Shown: positions 38,010 through 48,511 of the stretch, one piece after another
Position numbering within the stretch: position 1 is the stretch's first letter
Layout of the letters: each line of letters opens with the position of its first letter
From: a candidate division WWE3 bacterium
GTDB taxonomy: Bacteria > Patescibacteriota > 4484-211 > GCA-002791395
DNA: 64,000 nt
Assembly: GCA_013335095.1 (NCBI GenBank)
Contig: JAAXWF010000002.1
Coordinates: 205,566-269,565, forward strand
Direction: 5' to 3'
The notes under the pieces: model-generated
The model's database searches: none
What the model was told of the DNA's origin: nothing
Seen by the model: only the letters and a program-made list of their open reading frames with translations
Position numbers and translations under genes: made by a program

Positions 38010-41000
38010 TTATCGTAAAAGCGGCATCAGTGCATTTATCCATGTTTGAGCAATTTTTTCGTGTGCAGATTCGGTCGGGTGAACATCATCGTACAGATCA
38101 TTTATGGTAATTGAATGATAAATATCAGCAAAGCCGATTCGTTTACCTGATGCTTTATACTGCGCCACTTTTGCCTGAATCAATTGATTGTATTGGGTTC
38201 CAAGAGAGTCACGATCAGTGCCTTGCGCATTCGCACCTTTCATCGGGGTGATTGACCCGACAACGATAATGGCATTGGGATTAACCGCATATATTCGATC
38301 AATAATTTCACTAAATGTTCCATTTACAACGTTCGAGACATTATCGGTAAACCACCACGCGAAATCATTGACACCAGCCATAAGTAAAACCACATCAGGA
38401 CGGTATGTATTCATTCGATCGGTCATCTCATCAGCGATATTGCCGGTATTGTATCCGGGAGTACCCTGATGATCCTTATCTGCAACACGGGTATATTGAT
38501 CGTAGCGAGACCCAACCATATCAACCGAATACCCAGCAGATTTTAGGCTTGTATACACGCCGTTACGATATCCACCGTTCACACCTTCGGTAACAGAATC
38601 ACCGAGCGGCATGACCTTCAAGGACCCAGAACCAGCAGGTACAGTCGGTACAATACTGGGTGTTATCGTTGGCGTGATGCGGTTTGTTGGGATTGGAGTC
38701 GCAGTAGGTAGAGGAGTTACCGTTGGTGCTCGTGTCGGTGTAGGTGTCGGTCCGGTTAACGGGCCACCGACCAAAGAGATATCGTCGACAAAAAAGGTCG
38801 GTTGAGATTTTTCAATCGCACTTTGTAGTAGAATTCCATTGATCTTAGATGGCTGACCTAAATTACTAAAAGGAACTTCTATAAGCATCCATTCATTTGC
38901 TTTAAGTAAGGGCAACTGATAGCGCTGATACGGTGTATTAACATCATCGTAAAAGTACAACTGTAGTGCCTGATTGCCGGAAGTGCCTCCGTGTATCCAA
39001 AAGCGCAGCAGGTTATACGACGAGACATCCAGTCCCGCGGCGTATTTAAAATTAATTGCCGCCCACGGATCAAAAAATGTTGATGAAATTGACTTGCCTG
39101 AGCGCACAGGAGTTGTATTACTATAATTATTTGTCGATCCCCATGATGAATCAGTAAAACCAGTTCCAAGGGTATCGTTATATACGATTTGCGATCGGCT
39201 GGATGTATTAGGATGATTTTCATAAACACCAATTAAAATCCCTAAATCATACACATTTATGCTTCCATCCTTATTTATGTCGCTCCGGGATAATTGTAAA
39301 TTAGCCGGATCATCGCTCGTTCGGCGATTGTAATTGGCCGATAAAATACCCAAATCAAAAACATCAATAGCGCCATCTCGGTTTATGTCCGCAATCAAAG
39401 GATCGCTAATCGGCGTTGGGGTTGCAGGTATCCCAGTTGGAGTGGTTCGAATTGGAGTGACCGTTGGCGCCGAAGTTGGAACTGTCCCACCAGTGGCAGA
39501 CGAAAGGACTATTGAAGTCGCCGACCAGGCAGGAAATGTGTATGAGAATTGATTACCAGATACCGCCAAGCTTGTTGGTTTTATTTGCCCGACAGATGTG
39601 TCAATGGTGTCGGAAACTAATTTAATTCCGTTTATGGTAGTCGGAGCCGATTCAGTATTTGATATTGAAGACAAATCAGTAGGGTTAGAACTAGTCATCT
39701 GATAAAGCTGCCCACCTGATGCATTAAATGAGCCTAAATTTATTGAAGTCGATTGGTTGCTTGCGGTCATATTAGTGACCATTAATTTCAGTTTTCCAGG
39801 ATCCTTAGCATCAGTTGATGCCCAGATTGATACCTGCGCTTCATTAGATGAAGAACTCTTAACCATGCGATCACCAAAGTACTTTGCATACATTAAATAG
39901 GTATAGTAGGTGGGTCGTAGAGCTACCCGAGACGGCGGATCATCAGTTGCATAGACCATTGATAACCCTTGAGTTGCATAGCCTTCGTACATAGTGACAA
40001 AATCGACACCGTTGTACGCCAAGCGTCCTAACACATCGGCAAACCACAGCGCAGTTAAATGATTCCCATTAAGTACGCTGTCGTAATCACAGGCATCAAA
40101 GTTTAATTCGGTTACCCCTTGTAATGTAGTTGGATAAGAATTTAATACATCAGACTCAATCCATTTCGGATAAATTTGTGCGAAGTTTCGATACTCTGGA
40201 TTTCGCCAATCTTCACGTGCAACGTTTGCACCTAAGGAGTATGCGGTTATACCGTTAATGCCGCTATCATTGTTACACCGTTGATACCAATGCCATGTTA
40301 ATCCGTTAAGATCTTGGCCCGCGTTTCGGGTGGCTGAAAGCATTTCAGGAATAAATGGGTTAATAATTCGGGCACTGGTGTTTGGTCCAGCTTGAACAGT
40401 ACTATACGCAATAGCCGGACCGCGAATTCCGATAGTTGAATCAACGCTACGCATAGCTTGTTGATAGGTGGCAGCCAGACGGCCAGATTCTTGAGCGGTT
40501 ACATTCTGTTCCGATGCATAATCTAATTCATTTCCAAGCTCCCAGTATTTAAAGTTCCATCCGCGTTCCTTGTTTGTGTATTTAACCATGTCTGCCCACA
40601 TCGATGGGTTTTCTTCGGCAATATTGACTTGAATCATGACATCTGCCTGAATGGCATCAGCAAACGCATTTAGATCTTCCATTTCATCGGTACCGTAATG
40701 ATAGGTATAGGTATTTCCCAATGAATCACGCCATTCTACAGCGCCCCGTTTTTGGGTGGTGCGATCCCAGCCGACGTCATTACTAACCAGTCCGCCAGCA
40801 TATCGTACGAGTCCTGGTTTTATTTGTCGCATGACTTGAGTCAGTCCAGGAATTTTACCAACAAAAGGTCGTCCCCAATTGTGATCCCAATTTACAAAGC
40901 TAACTCCACGCATAGAGTCATTAAATTGATTGACCTGAACGGACGGATCAACGGTAAGCGAAATAATAGATTGAGCAGACGCCCGATCCTTACGATTTAA

Positions 41001-41126
41001 CAATGAGAAGACATCTTGATTTGTGGGTAATGTTGCAACACCTGTTAAAAATAAGGAGACCCCAACTAAGAAAAACGCAGCGGCTGTTATTCCCCAATGT
41101 TTTTTTGTACGTATTGTATTTCGCAT
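38010..41126 (-). CDS. secreted multi-domain CAZyme: clan GH-A glycoside hydrolase + dockerin repeats + CBM-like module + C-terminal SGNH/GDSL esterase
   Basis: Signal peptide. YWELGNELDY (NE acid/base motif). DINRDGAIDVFDLGILSANY and DINKDGSINVYDLGILIGVY dockerin pair. Approx 130-aa beta module. PT linker. KVMPLGDSVTEG (GDS block I) and DDVHPTESAH (DxxH block V). Confidence 0.65.
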   Translation of the reverse strand: MRNTIRTKKHWGITAAAFFLVGVSLFLTGVATLPTNQDVFSLLNRKDRASAQSIISLTVDPSVQVNQFNDSMRGVSFVNWDHNWGRPFVGKIPGLTQVMRQIKPGLVRYAGGLVSNDVGWDRTTQKRGAVEWRDSLGNTYTYHYGTDEMEDLNAFADAIQADVMIQVNIAEENPSMWADMVKYTNKERGWNFKYWELGNELDYASEQNVTAQESGRLAATYQQAMRSVDSTIGIRGPAIAYSTVQAGPNTSARIINPFIPEMLSATRNAGQDLNGLTWHWYQRCNNDSGINGITAYSLGANVAREDWRNPEYRNFAQIYPKWIESDVLNSYPTTLQGVTELNFDACDYDSVLNGNHLTALWFADVLGRLAYNGVDFVTMYEGYATQGLSMVYATDDPPSRVALRPTYYTYLMYAKYFGDRMVKSSSSNEAQVSIWASTDAKDPGKLKLMVTNMTASNQSTSINLGSFNASGGQLYQMTSSNPTDLSSISNTESAPTTINGIKLVSDTIDTSVGQIKPTSLAVSGNQFSYTFPAWSATSIVLSSATGGTVPTSAPTVTPIRTTPTGIPATPTPISDPLIADINRDGAIDVFDLGILSANYNRRTSDDPANLQLSRSDINKDGSINVYDLGILIGVYENHPNTSSRSQIVYNDTLGTGFTDSSWGSTNNYSNTTPVRSGKSISSTFFDPWAAINFKYAAGLDVSSYNLLRFWIHGGTSGNQALQLYFYDDVNTPYQRYQLPLLKANEWMLIEVPFSNLGQPSKINGILLQSAIEKSQPTFFVDDISLVGGPLTGPTPTPTRAPTVTPLPTATPIPTNRITPTITPSIVPTVPAGSGSLKVMPLGDSVTEGVNGGYRNGVYTSLKSAGYSVDMVGSRYDQYTRVADKDHQGTPGYNTGNIADEMTDRMNTYRPDVVLLMAGVNDFAWWFTDNVSNVVNGTFSEIIDRIYAVNPNAIIVVGSITPMKGANAQGTDRDSLGTQYNQLIQAKVAQYKASGKRIGFADIYHSITINDLYDDVHPTESAHEKIAQTWINALMPLLR

Positions 41127-41216
41127 TATCTTTCAAATACTCAAACTTCGTTTGAGCTGATTATATTAAAAACTATTGTTAAAGGCGATAAACGTATCCT
41201 TTGGTACAATGAAAAG

Positions 41217-41792
41217 CTATTTTACACTCGTTAATGTATGTACTATTTCTTCCGCAATAAGTACATTTTCGGAGTTTCGAGAAACATTTACCTGATTGGG
41301 GTCATTAACAGGAAATAGGGCAGTAACATATTCACCTTCACCAATAACAAAAACGTATACGTCGTTAATACGGTCGCCGCCGAATGCATCTCGGGTAATA
41401 TAGGTAGTAATTCCATTTATTTTAGTCTCTTCATATCCTTGAGGACCTGGCGAAAAGGCTTCTCCGAGGGAATCATCAAAATATGAAAACGTTATGGATT
41501 GATAGCTACCATCTTTTTTACCCACATACGGAAATCCATCGGGCTCGAATGAACTAGTTCCGCTGATCGTCACAGCCCAATCTGATGGATATTTGAATGA
41601 ATAATTATAGGTATTGCTTTTATACTCAAGCCAATCAGCATGTGGCGCAGTAGTGATTGTCGGCGAATTAGGGGAGTTATTTGAAGTATCAGGTGAAGAA
41701 AAAAACTGGAGCCAAATAATAAATCCAATAATCCCAAGAACAACAACAGCGGCTAGGGTCTCAAGCAGTAAAAATCCACGAGTATTAGTCAT
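41217..41792 (-). CDS. type IV pilin-like protein
   Basis: MTNTRGFLLLETLAAVVVLGIIGFIIWL is a prepilin motif (G|F..E). Confidence 0.5.
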   Translation of the reverse strand: MTNTRGFLLLETLAAVVVLGIIGFIIWLQFFSSPDTSNNSPNSPTITTAPHADWLEYKSNTYNYSFKYPSDWAVTISGTSSFEPDGFPYVGKKDGSYQSITFSYFDDSLGEAFSPGPQGYEETKINGITTYITRDAFGGDRINDVYVFVIGEGEYVTALFPVNDPNQVNVSRNSENVLIAEEIVHTLTSVK

Positions 41793-41850
41793 TACTCAAT
41801 TAAGGCTATCAAATTAGAAAAATCACGTCAACAGAGGAATTACGAAAACA

Positions 41851-41926
41851 TGGTGCCAAGGGAGGGAATCGAACCCCCATAAGTGGTTCTTCAGACCACC
41901 GCATTGACCAACTTTGCTACCTTGGC
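41851..41926 (-). tRNA. tRNA-Phe (anticodon GAA)
   Basis: Reverse complement GCCAAGGTAGCAAAGTTGGTCAATGCGGTGGTCTGAAGAACCACTTATGGGGGTTCGATTCCCTCCCTTGGCACCA shows a 7-bp acceptor stem, anticodon loop CUGAAGA, T-arm GGTTCGATTCC and encoded CCA. Confidence 0.8.
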
Positions 41927-42035
41927 GTATCTAGGTATTGTACCAAAAACTTCCAAATGTGACGATGATTACCATATAGGACGATGGGTAGATTGACAAA
42001 CTATTCCTAATAAAACAATAATAGGAAGAACACGT

Positions 42036-44030
42036 ATGGACACGGAACAAAGAAAACCTCAGGGTTTGTTTAAATTACCTCCTACATCGTCATACCATGA
42101 TCTACCTATATTTATATCGCTGTTAACCGTAATGGCGTTCTTAGCAATCGGTTTTTCATTCCCGATTGGCGATAACTTATTTGGATTCTTATTCCCGAAA
42201 CCTCAATCCCATGCGGCACAGTCTGGAACGGCATTAAAAGACAATACCATTGCAATACCATTAGTAATTGATGCGCCAAGAGCATTCAAAACGGCTAAAT
42301 TCACCGTAGTTGCACAAAATGGATCAATAGTAGGTGTAACTTGTGGACTGGGAACGTATACCGGAACAGAATCGAACAATGCCACCTGTACGGTCGAAGA
42401 CAGCCAACTCAGCACAACAACGGGTCAACGTACCGTTGGATATGTCAGCGTAAATGGAACAGGGGCGTTGGGTGCGGTACTTAAAATAACCGGATCAAAT
42501 GTAGAAGTAAAAGATATAAATAATGCCGTCATTACCGGCGCATCCTTAGTCGAAAGTAACTACACCATAGCTTCAACGCTTCCCATTAATCAACGAGTTT
42601 ATTTCCCGCTTCAATTCCATTCATCAACGAGAATCACCGCCGCCGAATTTTCACCAGTATTAAGTAGTTCAATGACCGCAACTGGCCGAGCTATAACTTG
42701 TGGTGGGGATGGTTTTGTCGATTCGGGAGTAAGTAGCAGTACACGATGCGTAATCTTTTATCCAGTAACCGATGCCGACCGCACAAACGGTACCGTAGGA
42801 TCAACCGGGGGAGTTGTCGGTATATTCACTTTCACACCAACTGTAACCGGCACATTTACCGTCGACATGCAGAATATTAAATTAAGTGATGCCAATGGTA
42901 CTGCAACTGCAGCAACGTTTGCTCAAATAAATGCAACGGTGGCAAATGTATCAAGCGTATCGCCAACAGCAGCAACAACGCCAACAAGTACACCCACACC
43001 GACCGCAACCCCAACACCAACATCAGCACCGGTTGATGGAGGCTTAAGTGCCGACCAAATATCTGCAACATCGCCCACGTTCGATTCAAACGTAACCGTA
43101 AGTGGCACAAAACCACAGGGAGTATCTGTTGTCTTAATAATGAACGATGGCAACGAAATCGTCGTTGAATCAAATACAGGAGCAACTACCTGGTCAACAA
43201 CCCAGACACTCGGATTAGGTGAAAACACCTTAGTGTTTAAGACTAAAGAAGGGTCTACAGTTAAAAATACGATCACTATAAGTATAAACCGCTATGGACT
43301 TGGCGATATAAACTCAAGCGGCCGAGTCGATGTATTTGATTTGGGTATATTTTCGGGAAATTATGGAACCGCACTTCAACAATCGACAACAAGCACACAA
43401 CGCCTCAGCGATATGAAGAAAGATCAACAGATTGATGTGTTTGATTTAGGCGTCTTTGCCGGAGTTTATGGAAATACATACGCTTATGATGGTTCTGCTC
43501 CGACACCAACTCTAACACCAACAGGATCACCAAGTAGAACCCCCACCCCAACTCCATCAGCGACACCGACTCCAACAGCCGCAGTTGCAAATCAAATGAT
43601 TTTATATAGCGATAGCATTGCTTCTGGAGGAGATAACTGGTCATGGAACTCAACCATTAATGTAAGCAACACGAGTCCCTCACGGAGCGGAAATTCGGTA
43701 GCGGTGACTCATAATCAGGCATGGGGAGGATTTTATCTTCGCTTTAGTAATGGTATCGACCTCGCAGAGTATGATCGGATTCGTTTCTATATCCATGGAG
43801 GCAGTACCGGCAGTCAGAACATCGTATTTGAGCTGTATGATGAAGCTGGAGAACCTATTGATTCTATTGAAATAACACCACCTCAAGCCCAAACCTGGCA
43901 AATGGTTGAAATCACGCTATCCGATTTAGGTAGCCCAAGTAAAGCGTGGGGATTCGTCTGGCAAGATAACAGCGGCGGATCACTCCCACAATATTATTTA
44001 GACGATATAATGCTCGTAAAAGGCAACTAA
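42036..44030 (+). CDS. secreted protein: two N-terminal approx 130-aa beta-sandwich repeats (cohesin/Ig-like?), dockerin repeats, C-terminal CBM-like module
   Basis: Signal/TM. Repeats IPLVIDAPRAFKTAKFTV... and RVYFPLQFHSSTRITAAEF.... DINSSGRVDVFDLGIFSGNYG and QIDVFDLGVFAGVYG dockerin pair. The C-terminal approx 130 aa is homologous to the beta module in 38010..41126 (NTSPSRSGNSV...RIRFYIHGG...YYLDDIMLV vs NTTPVRSGKSI...LLRFWIHGG...FFVDDISLV). Confidence 0.5.
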   Translation: MDTEQRKPQGLFKLPPTSSYHDLPIFISLLTVMAFLAIGFSFPIGDNLFGFLFPKPQSHAAQSGTALKDNTIAIPLVIDAPRAFKTAKFTVVAQNGSIVGVTCGLGTYTGTESNNATCTVEDSQLSTTTGQRTVGYVSVNGTGALGAVLKITGSNVEVKDINNAVITGASLVESNYTIASTLPINQRVYFPLQFHSSTRITAAEFSPVLSSSMTATGRAITCGGDGFVDSGVSSSTRCVIFYPVTDADRTNGTVGSTGGVVGIFTFTPTVTGTFTVDMQNIKLSDANGTATAATFAQINATVANVSSVSPTAATTPTSTPTPTATPTPTSAPVDGGLSADQISATSPTFDSNVTVSGTKPQGVSVVLIMNDGNEIVVESNTGATTWSTTQTLGLGENTLVFKTKEGSTVKNTITISINRYGLGDINSSGRVDVFDLGIFSGNYGTALQQSTTSTQRLSDMKKDQQIDVFDLGVFAGVYGNTYAYDGSAPTPTLTPTGSPSRTPTPTPSATPTPTAAVANQMILYSDSIASGGDNWSWNSTINVSNTSPSRSGNSVAVTHNQAWGGFYLRFSNGIDLAEYDRIRFYIHGGSTGSQNIVFELYDEAGEPIDSIEITPPQAQTWQMVEITLSDLGSPSKAWGFVWQDNSGGSLPQYYLDDIMLVKGN

Positions 44031-44084
44031 TATCGTTATCCATAATTCATCTATCACCTATTTTCATGAATAAATTATTTAACT

Positions 44085-45371
44085 TTGAAAAATAGAAACA
44101 TAACTACGACTATGAAAAGAGTCACGACACAAAAGTTTATATATACTTCCCGCTTACGCTTTTTAGTGATAGTCATAGTCATTGGTGCGTCATTACTGTG
44201 GATGTACCAGGAATACCAAACATATACCCACACCCCCCTAACCTGGTACGTTTCACCCCAAGGAAATGATGCATTGGATGGAAGGACCGAAATGAATGCA
44301 TTTGCGACCATACAACAGGCTATTAACACATCCCAATCGGGCGACACGATCTATTTATTACCCGGAGAATATTTGCAAGATATAAAAACAGTTCGCAGTG
44401 GACGCAAAAATAAACCGATTACGATAACAGGAGATAAAACAGCGGTCGTACGAGGTGGCGGAAGACCCCGGGTTATTGAGATACAACATAGTTACATTAC
44501 CGTAAACGGATTTACCGTGGATGGTTTGTTTGGAGATGGTTCAAAATCGAGTGGATACCGGGAAAAGCTCATCTACATTATGAATTCGAATAATCGCAGC
44601 GGAATTTCAAACGTGAAGATCCTCGGGATGCACGTAAAAAATTCGGGAGGGGAGTGCATTCGTGTCCGTTACTTTGCTCATGATATTGAGATAGCATACT
44701 CATACATCTACCGATGTGGGGTATACGATTATGCGTTTGAGAATGGCGGGCAAAATGGCGAAGGGATCTATATAGGTACGGCTCCCGAACAAGAAGGCAA
44801 AGGTGGAGCGCCGTCAAAAGATCACGATAATTCCAGAAATATTACCATACACCACAACATAATCGATCCCGAAGGAAGTGAATGCGTTAATGTTAAAGAA
44901 AGTTCTCACCATGTCGCCATCATCAACAACAGATGCCTTAGTCAATGGGATCGTAATAGTGCAGGATTTGATATTCGAGGAGCATGCACAATCATTGCCA
45001 ACAATGAAATAGGAGACAGCTCAAAACGTCCTCTCCTTGGAGCGACAATACGAATTGGCGCCCAAAAAGATTTTCAGGCACCATTTACTGATATCAAAAA
45101 CAACCTCATGGTTAATTATCAATATGAAACCGCGGTTAAATATCCGACTCAAGAAAGACCTGGAAAAATCTGTGGTAATACAAATCCAACAATGGTAGAC
45201 AAATTCGACGAACAGTTTTCTGATTATCCGGCAATAATAAATCAAGCAACCTGCACCCAAGGTAACACTACAATAGGAACTTATGGATGCATAGGGCCAG
45301 ATTGTGCTGTAGAGCCGTTAGCAAACGAAATTCAAATACCATCCCAACCTGACTGTATTAGCTGGGAATAA
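44085..45371 (+). CDS. right-handed parallel beta-helix (pectate-lyase-fold) protein
   Basis: WYVSPQGNDALDGRTEMNAFATIQQAINTSQSGDTIYLLPGEY is the typical N-terminal cap of DUF1565/pectin-lyase-fold proteins. Repeated NxIxxN/IxG beta-helix rungs (ITIHHNII, VAIINNRC, TIIANNEI). Confidence 0.55.
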   Translation: MKNRNITTTMKRVTTQKFIYTSRLRFLVIVIVIGASLLWMYQEYQTYTHTPLTWYVSPQGNDALDGRTEMNAFATIQQAINTSQSGDTIYLLPGEYLQDIKTVRSGRKNKPITITGDKTAVVRGGGRPRVIEIQHSYITVNGFTVDGLFGDGSKSSGYREKLIYIMNSNNRSGISNVKILGMHVKNSGGECIRVRYFAHDIEIAYSYIYRCGVYDYAFENGGQNGEGIYIGTAPEQEGKGGAPSKDHDNSRNITIHHNIIDPEGSECVNVKESSHHVAIINNRCLSQWDRNSAGFDIRGACTIIANNEIGDSSKRPLLGATIRIGAQKDFQAPFTDIKNNLMVNYQYETAVKYPTQERPGKICGNTNPTMVDKFDEQFSDYPAIINQATCTQGNTTIGTYGCIGPDCAVEPLANEIQIPSQPDCISWE

Positions 45372-45536
45372 TAGTAGACAACTTTACACCTAGACTTTAA
45401 TTATCCAATCATTTACACTGATTTACATAAAGATAAAAGGACAGTGATCAAGCGGGTGCGCACCTGCCTAAAATGTACAACAACCAAGTAGACAAATAAC
45501 GACCAATACAAAGAAATAACAGGGGGTGAATTACAT

Positions 45537-45965
45537 ATGATGACTCAACCAATACTACCAACAAAGCAACGGTTACAACCACATACACCACGCCGTAAAA
45601 CATCACGTGCGGCAGTCGGATTTGCTTCACCAGCCAGTGATTTCATCGAGCGGAACTTAGACCTAAATGTACTGCTCATAAAGCATCCGGCGGCGACATT
45701 TTTTGTTAGGGTTGAAGGAAATGCTATGGAAGATGCCGGGATTAACGAGGGCGACATCCTCATCGTTGATCGATCAACAAAGCCATCGACCGATCAAGTA
45801 GTCATTGCCGCACTCAATGGTGAACTAGTTGTACGAACAATGAAAACGACTTCTAACGGGATTTTATTAGTCGCAAATAAAAGCCGACGACCAACAATCC
45901 ATCTCTCCGACCAAGACCAGTTTGAAGTATGGGGTACGGTGACCTCTGTTGTTCATCGCGTTTAA
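45537..45965 (+). CDS. umuD: UmuD-like S24 LexA-family autopeptidase (TLS polymerase V accessory subunit)
   Basis: AAVGFASPASDFIERNLDLNVLLIKHPAATFFVRVEGNAMEDAGINEGDILIVDRS...VVIAALNGELVVRTMK aligns with E. coli UmuD, including the A-G cleavage site, Ser (GNAM) and Lys. Confidence 0.8.
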   Translation: MMTQPILPTKQRLQPHTPRRKTSRAAVGFASPASDFIERNLDLNVLLIKHPAATFFVRVEGNAMEDAGINEGDILIVDRSTKPSTDQVVIAALNGELVVRTMKTTSNGILLVANKSRRPTIHLSDQDQFEVWGTVTSVVHRV

Positions 45966-47250
45966 ATCCATGAAAAAACCGATCTTTGCGGTAATAGATT
46001 GTAATAACTTTTTTGTTTCATGCGAGAGGGTATTTAATCCGAGCTTATGGAACAAGCCGGTACTAGTCCTTTCAAATAATGATGGATGTATCGTATCTCG
46101 GTCCAACGAAGTCAAAGCATTAGGAATACCGATGGGGGCACCATTATTTGAACATACACATGTCGTCAAACAACATCAGGTAACCGTTTTTTCGGCAAAC
46201 TTTCTTTTATACGGAGATATGTCTCAGCGGGTTATTTCAATCATCTCGATGTTTGCGCCTCAAATTGAGGTCTATTCAATCGATGAAGCATTTATTTGCC
46301 TCGACGAGATACCTGATCAAAGTTTTCAAGAATATGGAGAAACTATTCGGAATACAATTTACCAATGGACAGGGATACCGGTATCCGTCGGGATAGGCCC
46401 AACAAAAACGCTGGCCAAAGCTGCATCGGAATTAGCCAAAAAGGGAGCTGGGCACAATAATGTTTTAACACTTCTAGAGGAAAGTACTCAATCAGATCTA
46501 CTCTCAAAACTTGAAGTAGGGGATGTTTGGGGGATCGGGCGGAAATGGTCACAAACACTTCAGCGTCATGGCATTTATACTGCTCAGCAATTACGCCAAA
46601 CAAATGATCGATGGGTTCGGAAACAATTAGGAATCGTTGGATTACGTACGGCCTTGGAGCTTCAGGGAATTGTGTGTCTTAGATTAGAACCAGAACTACG
46701 TCCACGCAAAGGGATCATCAGCTCGCGCTCATTTGGAAGGCCGGTGTCCGATATCAAAGAAATGAAAGAGGCTGTTTCACAATATGCCTCACGTGCATCT
46801 GAAAAATTAAGGGAGCAGAATTCCATCGCAGCAACAGTAAGTGTCTACATCACCACAAATCGATTTAATAATAATGACCCGCAATATTCCAACAGCATTA
46901 CCATTCCGTTGCCAATACCAACCGATTACACCCCCGAAATTATTCGCCATGCTCTCACCGGACTTACTCGCATATTTCGCCCGGGATATCGGTATAAAAA
47001 AGCAGTTGTGGGACTCCAGCACATCACCTCATCCGACCTGATTCAGTTAAATCTTTTTACCAAATCACCAAATATTTCAAAACGAACCCAGATTATGTCC
47101 TGCGTCGATACCATTAATCAGGCGTGGGGTGATCATATTATTCACAGTGCTGCAGCTGGCATTAAAAGGGACTGGAAGATGAAGCAAGATCAACGATCAC
47201 CTCGCTATACCACACATTGGGAGGAGCTACCCGTAGTTAAGGCGCACTAG
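45949..47250 (+). CDS. umuC: Y-family DNA polymerase UmuC
   Basis: FAVIDCNNFFVSCERVFNPSLWNKPVLVLSNNDGCIVSRS and C-terminal WKMKQDQRSPRYTT match E. coli UmuC almost block for block. Overlaps umuD by 17 nt. Confidence 0.85.
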   Translation: MFIAFKSMKKPIFAVIDCNNFFVSCERVFNPSLWNKPVLVLSNNDGCIVSRSNEVKALGIPMGAPLFEHTHVVKQHQVTVFSANFLLYGDMSQRVISIISMFAPQIEVYSIDEAFICLDEIPDQSFQEYGETIRNTIYQWTGIPVSVGIGPTKTLAKAASELAKKGAGHNNVLTLLEESTQSDLLSKLEVGDVWGIGRKWSQTLQRHGIYTAQQLRQTNDRWVRKQLGIVGLRTALELQGIVCLRLEPELRPRKGIISSRSFGRPVSDIKEMKEAVSQYASRASEKLREQNSIAATVSVYITTNRFNNNDPQYSNSITIPLPIPTDYTPEIIRHALTGLTRIFRPGYRYKKAVVGLQHITSSDLIQLNLFTKSPNISKRTQIMSCVDTINQAWGDHIIHSAAAGIKRDWKMKQDQRSPRYTTHWEELPVVKAH

Positions 47251-47358
47251 CCTTGGTGGATTTAAGCCAAATAATAAAACACACAATCTTAAGATTTTCT
47301 TACATGGACATAGTACAATCCAGTTAATCGAATATACGGTTATCAGATCATAAAGGAG

Positions 47359-47913
47359 GTGATCTGGATGATCACAGACGCTTCGAGTTCCAGGCTCTGT
47401 CTGGCGACACGCATGGAGGAAGATGAGCCCGCATCGATCTGGATACCGAGGAAGCTGATGCTTGAGTTGCGGTTGGATCTGTTGATCCTTTACCATTCAA
47501 GCATAGCGTTTAGTAAGGCCCAAATGTCCGCACTTCGACAAGTAAAACACGGACAGGTAATCTATCTTGACGGGGCTATCCCTATAACCCCTCAAGAAAC
47601 ACGACGGCTCCAAATAGTATGGAGACACGTTCGTGATGCCGAAATACTATGGCAGAAGACATTTCGCATGGTAGAGCGGCAGATTATCAATCCCAGCTCA
47701 ATGGATGCGACGTCTGAAGAAATCGAATATCATACCTTCAGATATCTTTCCATGGGGGCGGTAAAACTCAGGAGGGCCAAGGCTCGGCTTAATCGAGTAA
47801 TCCGCACACTTGAGTCAGGACGGTTGTCGGCAACTCAAGTACGCAATATCCGCAAACACGATTTTCAGGTCGCGCTTTGGATAGCGTACTTACAGGCAGG
47901 ATGCGATCAATGA
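47359..47913 (+). CDS. hypothetical protein (GC approx 50%)
   Basis: ORF with RBS AAAGGAGGTGATC 5 nt upstream. No recognisable domain. Confidence 0.35.
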   Translation: MIWMITDASSSRLCLATRMEEDEPASIWIPRKLMLELRLDLLILYHSSIAFSKAQMSALRQVKHGQVIYLDGAIPITPQETRRLQIVWRHVRDAEILWQKTFRMVERQIINPSSMDATSEEIEYHTFRYLSMGAVKLRRAKARLNRVIRTLESGRLSATQVRNIRKHDFQVALWIAYLQAGCDQ

Positions 47914-48037
47914 ACACATCAGGGCAACATCCGGCGCGGGTTCCCTACATCTAACCGCCGTCATGTAAACATTCATGGCGGCATTTTTATTTGAATCATT
48001 GCCAGAAAAGTTGGTTTGTGCTAATACATATAAATAT

Positions 48038-48511
48038 ATGGAGAGTAAATTATATCGATCCAGAACCAATAGAATCATTGCCGGGGTAGCGAGCGGATTA
48101 GCTCAGTATTTCAACATCGATCCAATATTAGTTCGATTATTTTTTGTTGCCGCGATGTTTGGTGGTGGGTCAGGATTTTGGATTTATATTATCTTATGGA
48201 TAATTGTCCCTGAAGAACCATACGTGCTGCCACAAGAAAACAAGAACCAGACTCAAACCGACGCAGAAGTCACAGCACCGACCACAACCGATACAAGCAC
48301 AACGTCAACTACATCTACCGAAGTAGTAAGACCAACACTAATTAAAAATCCATCCGACCGAGGAAATGGATTTGGCCTAATACTCATTATCGTAGGATTA
48401 TTGTTCTTAGCCCAAAATACTATTCCCAATTTTCATATTGGACAATTATGGCCAATCATTTTGATTGCAATTGGATTATCATTTATCCTTAACAGCAATA
48501 CACGATCATGA
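48038..48511 (+). CDS. PspC-domain membrane protein
   Basis: From internal ATG: MESKLYRSRTNRIIAGVASGLAQYFNIDPILVRLFFVAAMFGGGSGFWIYIILWIIVPEEP is the canonical PspC domain. Followed by a Thr-rich linker and a second TM. Confidence 0.65.
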   Translation: MESKLYRSRTNRIIAGVASGLAQYFNIDPILVRLFFVAAMFGGGSGFWIYIILWIIVPEEPYVLPQENKNQTQTDAEVTAPTTTDTSTTSTTSTEVVRPTLIKNPSDRGNGFGLILIIVGLLFLAQNTIPNFHIGQLWPIILIAIGLSFILNSNTRS

